64,000 nt of DNA from Promethearchaeia archaeon. Its GTDB lineage: Archaea; Asgardarchaeota; Lokiarchaeia; Sigyniarchaeales; SOKP01. The notes beneath the pieces were generated by a model. It was not told the origin of the DNA, did no database searches, and saw only the letters and a program-made list of their open reading frames with translations. A program made the position numbers and the translations under genes. Positions 19,226 through 27,823 of the stretch are shown piece after piece (position 1 is the first letter of the stretch; each line of letters opens with the position of its first letter). The DNA lies in contig JAHQWL010000055.1 of NCBI GenBank assembly GCA_029856155.1, forward strand, positions 1-64,000. The letters are read 5' to 3'.

Positions 19226-20722
19226 ATGACTTTGAATAAAATAAAAATTCAGGTTGTTTTTATTGGCAAGCCACAATGGGAAGCTGGATGGCCCTATTTA
19301 GGTTATGACAACTTTAAGTTAATAGATGAGATTAAGGAACGTTTAATTAAGAAGTTTCCAAATGTTGCATTTGATTGGGGAAGTATGATTATTTCATATG
19401 ATAAAGTTTTAGTTGATAATATTAAAGAAAATATATTAAAAGCAAACGGAATAATTATCTTTACAATAGGTCATTATGGAGATCCTGGAATAGTTCAAGC
19501 GGGGATTGAATTTATCGAAAGTGATAAACCAGTTATTCTCGCTAATTATATTTATGGCGGAGATCACACTTTTACCAAAATCTATTCCAATATCAAAGAC
19601 AAAAATTATCAAGTATTTCCAATATCTTCACGAAAGATTGAAGATTTTGAAAAACCAATTGAAACAATGATTAACTTACTACGTTTAAGGGGAAAGAGTG
19701 TCTTGGTTTATGCAAGCGATGTAATAAAAATGAATTGGGATGTTATATTAGGGTTATTCAATCCAGAACGTAAAGTTATATTAAAAAATCATCCAGAATT
19801 TCTTGAACAAGTTGGAAAAATGAGTGGTAATAAAGAGTTTGAATTTTATACAGACACTGTTGGTAAAGACCAAGCGCATCAGTGGAGGATGGATGAAACA
19901 AAGTATAGAGAAAATTTGAAACAAATATTTGGTATAGAAATGATAAGAGGAGATCCAGATGAGATTCTGGAATATTATTCGAAAGTAAATGAGGATGAAG
20001 CTAAAATTGTTGCTGATAAATGGATTAAAAATGCACTAAAAGTAGAGCCATCTGAAAAAACAGTCCTGAATTCTGCAAAATTATATATCGCTTTTAAAAA
20101 AATTTTACAAGATAGAGATATTGATTTTTTTACCCCTGATTGTGGAACATTCTTATTGACAGGAATATTACCTGCTTATCCTTGTATGGCTTATTTCGAA
20201 TTAAGTAATGAAGGAAAATATGGTATATGTGAATCTGATATAGATTCAACAGTAAGTTTTCTCTTTGGTTTATATTTGGTTGATCGACCTGGATTTGTAT
20301 CTAATCATACCCTTGATGTTACTAATGATCAGATTACATATATGCACTGTGTAGCCCCAGATAAGCTTTACGGAATTAATGGTCCCCCAACTCCATATGA
20401 AATTGTTTATCATGGTGAAACTCATTACTTAGGTGCTTCTCCTTGTGTTAAATTCCCTATTGGTGAAATTGTCACAACAATTAAAATAAGTGTTTTTGAG
20501 AAGAAAATATCAATCAGACAAGGAACTATTATTGATAATGTGGTTGATGATAAAGGATGCGTCTCAAAAATGTTGGTAAAAAGTAATGTAGAAAAAATTA
20601 TGAAAAATTATGACTGGGAAACATTTGGTTGGCACCGGGTAACTTTTATTGGTGATTGGAAGGAAGTTTTCATAATTGGAGCCAAAATCTTAGGTTTAGA
20701 GATTCTTGAAGAAGATCAATAA
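19226..20722 (+). CDS. L-fucose/L-arabinose isomerase-like protein
   Basis: PC..ELS..GICESD, HCVAP, YHGE, FGWHR C-terminal pattern typical of FucI-related proteins. Confidence 0.65.
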   Translation: MTLNKIKIQVVFIGKPQWEAGWPYLGYDNFKLIDEIKERLIKKFPNVAFDWGSMIISYDKVLVDNIKENILKANGIIIFTIGHYGDPGIVQAGIEFIESDKPVILANYIYGGDHTFTKIYSNIKDKNYQVFPISSRKIEDFEKPIETMINLLRLRGKSVLVYASDVIKMNWDVILGLFNPERKVILKNHPEFLEQVGKMSGNKEFEFYTDTVGKDQAHQWRMDETKYRENLKQIFGIEMIRGDPDEILEYYSKVNEDEAKIVADKWIKNALKVEPSEKTVLNSAKLYIAFKKILQDRDIDFFTPDCGTFLLTGILPAYPCMAYFELSNEGKYGICESDIDSTVSFLFGLYLVDRPGFVSNHTLDVTNDQITYMHCVAPDKLYGINGPPTPYEIVYHGETHYLGASPCVKFPIGEIVTTIKISVFEKKISIRQGTIIDNVVDDKGCVSKMLVKSNVEKIMKNYDWETFGWHRVTFIGDWKEVFIIGAKILGLEILEEDQ

Positions 20723-20809
20723 TTTTATCCGAACAAAAAGTAACTAAAGTAATTAATAAATTTTATATTATCCTCGAATAAATCTTATAATAAGAATAAA
20801 TTCTATCTA

Positions 20810-20826
20810 ATAGAATGAAATAAGGA
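20810..20826 (+). promoter_or_regulatory. 17-nt leader motif ATAGAATGAAATAAGGA
   Basis: 16/17 identical to 19201..19217. Confidence 0.45.
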
Positions 20827-20828
20827 TT

Positions 20829-22205
20829 ATGATGAATGATACGAAAAATGAGAATAAGGATAAAGTACACTCGCGTTTAGGTCATCTGTTATATTCTTTA
20901 GGAGCTGTACCATCTGCACTTCCATTTAATATGATCGGAACATGGCTATTAACTTTTTATACTGTTCATGCAGGTCTCTCCCTCACTAATTATGGTCTCC
21001 TCCTTATGCTTTATGGGATATGGAATGCGATAAACGACCCTTTGATTGGATATTACATGGATAAAATCAAATTTAAAAAAGGACGTCGGATACCATGGAT
21101 TATTTATGGAACCATTCCAATGACGATAGGGTTTATTGCACTGTGGTGGGTCCCATATACAGAAAGTGGTCTAATTTTCTTTCATGGTTTTTTAATGCTA
21201 TTTCTATTTGATACTGGATTTACAATGACGATTACAGCTTGGAGTGCTTTATATACAGAGATGTATGAAGATGAGAAGGAGCGAGCTTCAGTAGTAGCTA
21301 TCAAAGACACAATAGCATTTACTTCTTCTATGATCGGTGTTATGATTCCTTCTATGATTGCAGCAGCACTTGGTAGTTGGGCAATAACAGGAATTTTAAT
21401 GGGTATTTCTATTCCTATTACAATGTATCTTTCTCTTTTAGGGACAAAGGAAAGATTAGAGTATCAAACAGATGAACCTTTACCAATATATAAAGCATTT
21501 AAAGAAACATTTTCAAATAAACCATTCTTAATAGGATCAATAACATATGCAATGCTTGATTTTTGTTTTGGCTTTACTATGATGATTCTTCCTCTTTATG
21601 CAAAATTTATTTTAAATGTTGAGGAGGGTATGGAAGGATTGGCTATGGCGGGGGTAGCTATAGGGATAATTACGGGTATACCCTTATGGTGGAGGATATA
21701 TGGGAAGAAAGGACCAAAATTTGGTTTAGCACTTTCGATGATTATATTTGGCATAGGAATGATATTTCTCTTTTTTGCATATGATTTTATTACATTGACA
21801 ATTATAGGGCTTTTCCCTGGAATTGGTGTAGGTGGTACGTTAATGACTGAGCCAGTAATTTCTGCGGGAATAGATTATGATGAATTAAAGATAGGAAAAA
21901 GGAGGGAAGCGACATATGGAGGAATTGGATCTTTTATTGCACGATTATCAATGATTCTTTCAGCTTTAGCTTTAATGCTTGTCCAATTTTTTAGCGGATT
22001 TGACCCTAAATTAGGTACTCAATCATCTACAGCTTTAGTTGGGTTAAAACTATCTATTTCGATTGTTCCTGCTATTGGTATTTTAATTGGTTTATTAATA
22101 TTTAAATATTTCCCACTAAATTACAAGAAATTCAGTGAACAACAAGAAAAATTGAAAATTCTTCATGAAGAACGTTTAAGAAAACTAGAATTAGAAAATA
22201 ATTAA
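20829..22205 (+). CDS. GPH-family (MFS_2, MelB-like) symporter
   Basis: WNAINDPLIGYYMD, GRRIPW, ER, DYDELKIGKRREATYGG; 12 TM segments. Confidence 0.9.
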   Translation: MMNDTKNENKDKVHSRLGHLLYSLGAVPSALPFNMIGTWLLTFYTVHAGLSLTNYGLLLMLYGIWNAINDPLIGYYMDKIKFKKGRRIPWIIYGTIPMTIGFIALWWVPYTESGLIFFHGFLMLFLFDTGFTMTITAWSALYTEMYEDEKERASVVAIKDTIAFTSSMIGVMIPSMIAAALGSWAITGILMGISIPITMYLSLLGTKERLEYQTDEPLPIYKAFKETFSNKPFLIGSITYAMLDFCFGFTMMILPLYAKFILNVEEGMEGLAMAGVAIGIITGIPLWWRIYGKKGPKFGLALSMIIFGIGMIFLFFAYDFITLTIIGLFPGIGVGGTLMTEPVISAGIDYDELKIGKRREATYGGIGSFIARLSMILSALALMLVQFFSGFDPKLGTQSSTALVGLKLSISIVPAIGILIGLLIFKYFPLNYKKFSEQQEKLKILHEERLRKLELENN

Positions 22206-22279
22206 TTTTTTTTAACATATTTTTTCTTTTTAATTATAAGATGTTTTCGTGATATAAATCCAATAGAGTTGATTATAAT

Positions 22280-23095
22280 TTGAAGTGTGATCTTAAAAAT
22301 ATAGAAATCTATTATGAAATCTACGGTGATGGATATCCAGTTCTTATGCTTCATGGATTTGTTCCTGATCACCGTCTAATGAAAGGATGTATGGAACCCA
22401 TTTTTGAAAATAAAGATCATTACAAACGTATTTATTTTGATTTACCAGGTATGGGGAAAACTGTCGGACCAGAATGGTTAAAAAATTCAGATCAGATACT
22501 CAATGTCGTTTTAGAATTTATTGATAAGATTATTCCTAATCAAAAATTCATAATTGCGAGTGAATCTTATGGATGCTATTTAGCAAGAGGTATTCTTTTA
22601 AAAAGATCTAAATTTATTGATGGCATCTTATTTATTTGTCCTCTTATAATACCTGAACCTGAAAAAAGAGAGTTACCTAAAGATTTTATGATTTTAATAA
22701 AGGATCCTGAGTTAATTTCTAGTTTAAGTCCTTCAGATGCTGATGAATTAAAAGAATCTTTAGTAATTCAGAGTAAAGATACTTGGGAGAGATATCGAGA
22801 TGAAGTCTTTTCTGGGGTGAAAATTGCGGATCAAAGTTTTTTAGATAAAATATTTCCAGATCATTATAAATTTTCTTTCGAGGTTGATCAACTTTTAGAA
22901 ATTTATGATAAACCAACCTTATTTCTTTTAGGGAGACAAGATAAAACAGTTGGATATCGTGATGCTTGGGAAATAATTGAGAATTATCCTAGCGCTACTT
23001 TTGCTATTCTTGACCAAGCAGGTCATAATCTACAAATAGAAAAAGCGAAATTATTTAATTCTTTAGTAATTGAATGGTTAGATAGGATTGAATAG
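22280..23095 (+). CDS. alpha/beta hydrolase
   Basis: LHG, DLPGMG, SESYG nucleophile elbow, GRQD, AGHN. Confidence 0.88.
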   Translation: MKCDLKNIEIYYEIYGDGYPVLMLHGFVPDHRLMKGCMEPIFENKDHYKRIYFDLPGMGKTVGPEWLKNSDQILNVVLEFIDKIIPNQKFIIASESYGCYLARGILLKRSKFIDGILFICPLIIPEPEKRELPKDFMILIKDPELISSLSPSDADELKESLVIQSKDTWERYRDEVFSGVKIADQSFLDKIFPDHYKFSFEVDQLLEIYDKPTLFLLGRQDKTVGYRDAWEIIENYPSATFAILDQAGHNLQIEKAKLFNSLVIEWLDRIE

Positions 23096-23133
23096 AGTAT
23101 TTCCTTGAAAAATAAAGATTAGAAGGAATTATT

Positions 23134-24201
23134 TTAATTAATTGGTTCAATTTCTTTAGGTTCTTCTCGTGGTATTCTTTCTTCTACTGGTAAAAGTGGT
23201 TTAAATTCTTTATGAGGTTCTGTTTGATACCAATATGCTGTAGAAGACCAATCATCTGAACGTTGATTTGCATGACCATGTTCCATTTTAACTTTAATAT
23301 TTTTATGAAAATATATAGGATCTTCTATATGATATCTATAATATGAAATCTTCCCACTCCAGTTGTTTCCTCCTGGTATTGTTATTCCAAAATAAGGAGA
23401 ACAATAATACTCTGAAGGACCCCATGCTGTACAAAAATAATCCTCAGTTCCTGTTCCATATAGGATAATCTCACCATCATCAATTTCTATGTAGTCATCT
23501 CCTTCACCTGGCCAATTTTGTTCATTAGTAACATAAAGATTATGAATATCTAAATGACAACCAACATAATGACCTTCACCTTCAGCTTCTAAAAGAATAT
23601 AGTCGTCTTCATGAGTTTTATTTCGTTTAAACCATCGTTGTGGTTTTTTCAAACTATAATCATTTCCTTTACATAGATTCTCGCGATTCCAATGTACATG
23701 AAATCTCCCTAAATCAGAATCCAATTCTAAATATTCTTCGTAATCAACATAGTAATAAAAAATCAAAGAAGTGTCACATTCGTTCTCTATTTCAATTCTA
23801 GCACTTCTAGAAAAAGGCATTGGCCAGAAACTATTAAATCCTTTTCCTTCCCGAGGGCTCATAGAAAGAGGTAAACTCCAAAAATTTACAGATTGAGCAT
23901 GACCAATTCCAAAAAAATCCCCTATGGGACATTCAACTGAAGGATTAATCTCATCATCCCACCACATCCGGATTAATATTTTTCTCAAATAGTATGGATC
24001 AGGATCTATAGTACCAATAGTTATCCAGATATGCTTTATAATTCCAGAACTTTGGATATTGCATAATTCAAATTTTCTTTTTGAATTAATTATTATATTA
24101 TCATTATTGGTGCCACGTATATTATAACTGGAAATCCTTTTTCGTTTTACATTTTTTTTAATTTTTGCTAAATTCATTAACGAACTAAATCCAAATTCCA
24201 T
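23134..24201 (-). CDS. DUF2961 / GH172 glycoside hydrolase
   Basis: SSY, HIWIT, PSVECPIGDFFG, PMPF, WPGEGD, GTGTEDYF, YRYHIEDPIYF, AYWYQ. Confidence 0.9.
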   Translation of the reverse strand: MEFGFSSLMNLAKIKKNVKRKRISSYNIRGTNNDNIIINSKRKFELCNIQSSGIIKHIWITIGTIDPDPYYLRKILIRMWWDDEINPSVECPIGDFFGIGHAQSVNFWSLPLSMSPREGKGFNSFWPMPFSRSARIEIENECDTSLIFYYYVDYEEYLELDSDLGRFHVHWNRENLCKGNDYSLKKPQRWFKRNKTHEDDYILLEAEGEGHYVGCHLDIHNLYVTNEQNWPGEGDDYIEIDDGEIILYGTGTEDYFCTAWGPSEYYCSPYFGITIPGGNNWSGKISYYRYHIEDPIYFHKNIKVKMEHGHANQRSDDWSSTAYWYQTEPHKEFKPLLPVEERIPREEPKEIEPIN

Positions 24202-24278
24202 CTTTATCTCCTTAAATAATTTGTTATAAAATTGAATATTGGAAATGAAATAAGTATTATTAATAGAGCAAAACTGTG

Positions 24279-24695
24279 TTATTCACCTTGGATTTGCACC
24301 ATAACTCTCCTATTTCTTGGTCCATCATACTCTGCAAACATTATTCCTTGCCAAGTTCCTAGCATCATTCTTTTTTCATGAATTAATACCTCTACTGAAT
24401 GACCCGTTAATGTACATTTGATGTGAGCATCAGAATTTCCTTCCCCATGTCTAAATGAATAACCTAATCCCCCACCTTTAGGAACTAATTTACTTAGATA
24501 ACTACTGATATCTTTAATAACAGAAGGATCCGCGTTTTCATTGATAGTTATTCCCGCAGTTGTATGTGGTATAAATATTCGACACACACCCTCTTTTAAA
24601 TTACTTTTTCTAACTATATTATTAATCTCATTTGTAATATCCAAAAGAACCTCTCTTTCTGGAGTTTTAACTCTTAACTCATTAAATTCAATCAT
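24279..24695 (-). CDS. yjbQ: UPF0047/YjbQ family protein
   Basis: PHTTAGITINENADP, HGEGNSDAHIK, LGTWQGI..EYDGPR. Confidence 0.9.
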   Translation of the reverse strand: MIEFNELRVKTPEREVLLDITNEINNIVRKSNLKEGVCRIFIPHTTAGITINENADPSVIKDISSYLSKLVPKGGGLGYSFRHGEGNSDAHIKCTLTGHSVEVLIHEKRMMLGTWQGIMFAEYDGPRNRRVMVQIQGE

Positions 24696-24740
24696 ATCAT
24701 CACCTCAGAATACTTAATTTGTAAATATAAAAAAAATTAT

Positions 24741-25508
24741 TTAATTATTAAAAGACCCATGTTTCCCTTTTCCTTGAGAGAAAGCTTTACTTCCTTCCAA
24801 ATGTTCTCCACTTGCAATAGTTTTTAATCCTAAGTTAAACTCATTAGCCATAGCATCTGCTAAATCCATACCAAACTGCTGATAGGAAGATAATCTATCA
24901 TTTCTCATACAAGTTTGGGGAAATTTAGCAATGTCTCTTGCCAGTTTTTCAGCTTCTTCTCTAGATTGCCCATGTGGAACTACTCGATTTGCCAAGCCCC
25001 AAGAAAGGGCTTCATCGGCAGTCACAGGTCTTCCAGTAAGAATCATATCCATAGCTCTACTTAATCCAATCAATCTTGGAAGTCTAACTGTACCTCCATC
25101 AATAAGTGGAACCCCAAAACGTCTGCAAAATACACCAAATACCGCACTTTTTTCTACTACTCTCATATCACACCAAAGTGCAAGCTCAAGCCCACCAGCT
25201 ACTGCATAACCAGCTACCGCCGCAATTACTGGCTTTGATAACATCATCCTCGAAGGACCCATTGGACCATCTCCTTTAGCATCTATCCGGTTTTCTATCC
25301 CAGCAGTAATTGCTTTTAAATTTGCCCCAGAGCAAAAGGTTCCATTAGCACCCCACAATACGGCAATGAGTGCACTAGTATCATTTTCAAAAGCTCTAAA
25401 TGCGTTTGCTAATTCTTTAGCAGTTAACCTGTCTACTGCATTTTTAACTTTAGGATTATCGATGATGATTGTATAAATAGGATATTTTATTTCAACCTTA
25501 ATTGGCAT
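24741..25508 (-). CDS. enoyl-CoA hydratase/isomerase (crotonase) family
   Basis: FCSGANL, KPVIAAVAGYAVAGGLELALWCD, GVPLIDGG. Confidence 0.9.
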   Translation of the reverse strand: MPIKVEIKYPIYTIIIDNPKVKNAVDRLTAKELANAFRAFENDTSALIAVLWGANGTFCSGANLKAITAGIENRIDAKGDGPMGPSRMMLSKPVIAAVAGYAVAGGLELALWCDMRVVEKSAVFGVFCRRFGVPLIDGGTVRLPRLIGLSRAMDMILTGRPVTADEALSWGLANRVVPHGQSREEAEKLARDIAKFPQTCMRNDRLSSYQQFGMDLADAMANEFNLGLKTIASGEHLEGSKAFSQGKGKHGSFNN

Positions 25509-25640
25509 AAAATAAAATAATGCTATAAATCTTAAAATTCTAGTTAATTAATACCTAAAATTTTTAAGCCAAATCTATAAATACTTAACGGGAAAATAAA
25601 TAATTTATAACTTAATTAATAAATTTAAACTGTTTAAAAT

Positions 25641-26030
25641 ATGCCTGAAAAAATTACTGGAAAGAGTTTTAAACCAAAAGCATTAAAGGCTGCTGAAGAT
25701 TATTTCAAAAATGTCCATATGACTCAAGAACAACATATAATATTTAATGATTTTGTAAAAATTGTTCTTAGATATATATCAATAGATGAATTAGCCGCTA
25801 AAGGTATTGGCTGGCGATCAGTAAGTAAATGGCAACTGGATCATAAAAGAGATCTTTTAGGATTGCAAGATGAGACCCCAGATGAAAGAATCAAAGCTAT
25901 TAATCAATTATTAAGTATTGTTAATGATGAATTAATCAAAATTTTAGAAGATCCCAATGAGAAATCTTTAGTTGATACAGCTATAAACGATATTATGGGA
26001 TTTTACAAAAAAAAACATGCTTACCGATAA
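25641..26030 (+). CDS. hypothetical protein
   Basis: 129-aa ORF with protein-like composition filling the intergenic space; no motif recognised. Confidence 0.65.
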   Translation: MPEKITGKSFKPKALKAAEDYFKNVHMTQEQHIIFNDFVKIVLRYISIDELAAKGIGWRSVSKWQLDHKRDLLGLQDETPDERIKAINQLLSIVNDELIKILEDPNEKSLVDTAINDIMGFYKKKHAYR

Positions 26031-26214
26031 ATATAATTGGAAATGAACATAAAAGAATTTTAGGAGTTCTCATAATACTTTCCATTTTAATTTCTTGAAA
26101 TTGATGTTTTTCTATTATTAGATTATATTTTCTAAGTTATGTTTTTAGATTTATTAAATTAGAATACTTTTTTTAATAACTCAGATTAAATCAAATGTTA
26201 CACCTATTTTAATT

Positions 26215-26234
26215 TTGAATGACTGTTCATTCAA
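26215..26234. promoter_or_regulatory. perfect 8-4-8 palindrome TTGAATGA-CTGT-TCATTCAA, candidate TetR/FadR-type operator
   Basis: Dyad seen directly; degenerate second copy TTGAATAG-ATGT-TCATTTAT at 26392..26411. Confidence 0.6.
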
Positions 26235-26452
26235 TAACTTTAATCTATTTAATATATTTCTTTATCCCTTAACAATTCCCCATAAAAATCAAATCAAATA
26301 TACGATTTATACTAATATTGGCGAATTGGTTAAACTTATATATGATGCTGATTATTCAACTTAATCTCTATTAAATCAAATAAATAGTAGATTGAATAGA
26401 TGTTCATTTATTAAAAAATAATGAAAAATTTAATAATAAAAGGTCGGAAAAT

Positions 26453-27478
26453 ATGGTTATAAAAACAAATATAACTGAAATGCTTGGGATTAAACACCCT
26501 ATAGTAGCTGCGCCAATGGGACCTTTCTACACGACAAAACTAACAATTGCTGTCTCAGAAGCAGGTGGATTAGGTGTTTTAAGCCATGTAACATTAAGTG
26601 AAGGAATCACCTTAAATCAAATGAAAGAAAGTATGAAAACTGTCGTTGAATTTACTGATAAACCTTTTGGACTAAATATTAGAACAGCAGCATTGCAACC
26701 TGATGCGATAAAACTATGTAGGCAGATTCCTAGATTTATAATGGACAATCCAAAAATTAAAGAACAATGTACCTACTTAATTACAAGCGCAGGATCTCCA
26801 AAAATGTTATATAACAAATATTTTAAGGCACTAAAAGAAACATCCAATATCAAAAATTTTCATGTTATCCCTTCTTTAAATTTAGCGAAAAAAGTAATAA
26901 AATTTGGAGTTGATGGGATTGTCGCAACTGGACATGAGGGGGGAGGGCATCAATCTTATGAAAATACAAGTACTTTAATTCTCTTACAACAAATTAGACA
27001 AGAATTCCCAGAAATCCCTATGATAGCTTGTGGAGGTTATGCTACTGGAGAAGGATTAGCTTCAGCTTTAGCTATGGGTGCAGGGGCAATTGCTATGGGA
27101 ACAAGACTCATTGCGTCAAGTGAATGTGAGTTTCATGAAAATTACAAAAATGAGGTTAAAAATTCAACAATCTCTGATACAAAATTAGTTACAGGAGTTT
27201 TTGGACCTGCAAGAGTATTGAAGAATAATTATGCGGAAAGCGCTACTACTGTTTTAAACAAAACAGAAAAAAGAGCTGAAGAAACCTCTATATCAGTAAT
27301 AAGAGATGATGTAATAAAATTAGAGAAGGCATATAAAGGAGATGTTAATAATGGTATTGTTCTCTTAGGACAGAGTTGTGGGCTGATAGAGGAAATTGAG
27401 AGCGTATCAGACATAATTAATTCAATTGTACATAGTGCTGAGAAATGTCTAAAGACTGCATATTACATGGTAAATTGA
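26453..27478 (+). CDS. nitronate monooxygenase / FabK-like flavoprotein
   Basis: ITEMLGIKHPIVAAPM, VSEAGGLG, GHEGGGH, ACGG, AMGTRLIAS. Confidence 0.88.
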   Translation: MVIKTNITEMLGIKHPIVAAPMGPFYTTKLTIAVSEAGGLGVLSHVTLSEGITLNQMKESMKTVVEFTDKPFGLNIRTAALQPDAIKLCRQIPRFIMDNPKIKEQCTYLITSAGSPKMLYNKYFKALKETSNIKNFHVIPSLNLAKKVIKFGVDGIVATGHEGGGHQSYENTSTLILLQQIRQEFPEIPMIACGGYATGEGLASALAMGAGAIAMGTRLIASSECEFHENYKNEVKNSTISDTKLVTGVFGPARVLKNNYAESATTVLNKTEKRAEETSISVIRDDVIKLEKAYKGDVNNGIVLLGQSCGLIEEIESVSDIINSIVHSAEKCLKTAYYMVN

Positions 27479-27510
27479 GGTATTGTTAAAAGTAAAGGAG
27501 AATTTTAAAA

Positions 27511-27750
27511 ATGACTGAATCTATAATAGCAGCTATATTTCAAATAACTAATATCGCAGAAATAAATAGTTTGAGTTTATCCGATTATGAAAATTCTATC
27601 TATAATTATTTTAGTGATAATAATAGTTCAAACTTTTACCAGCGATATTTTAAATGGTTTAATAATTTGAAATTTGAAAAAACCAATACTTCTTTCTTAA
27701 AGGATTTTGATAAATGGTTTCATGAATTTTTTTTTAAATTTGAATTTTAA
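27511..27750 (+). CDS. small hypothetical protein (doubtful)
   Basis: ATG preceded by AAGGAG; low-complexity N/F-rich translation. Confidence 0.3.
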   Translation: MTESIIAAIFQITNIAEINSLSLSDYENSIYNYFSDNNSSNFYQRYFKWFNNLKFEKTNTSFLKDFDKWFHEFFFKFEF

Positions 27751-27823
27751 ATTAAAATCAAATTAGTATGAGACATAAGTTATAAAAACAGAATTGTAAG
27801 AAAAAAATTTTAATTAAAAGAAT

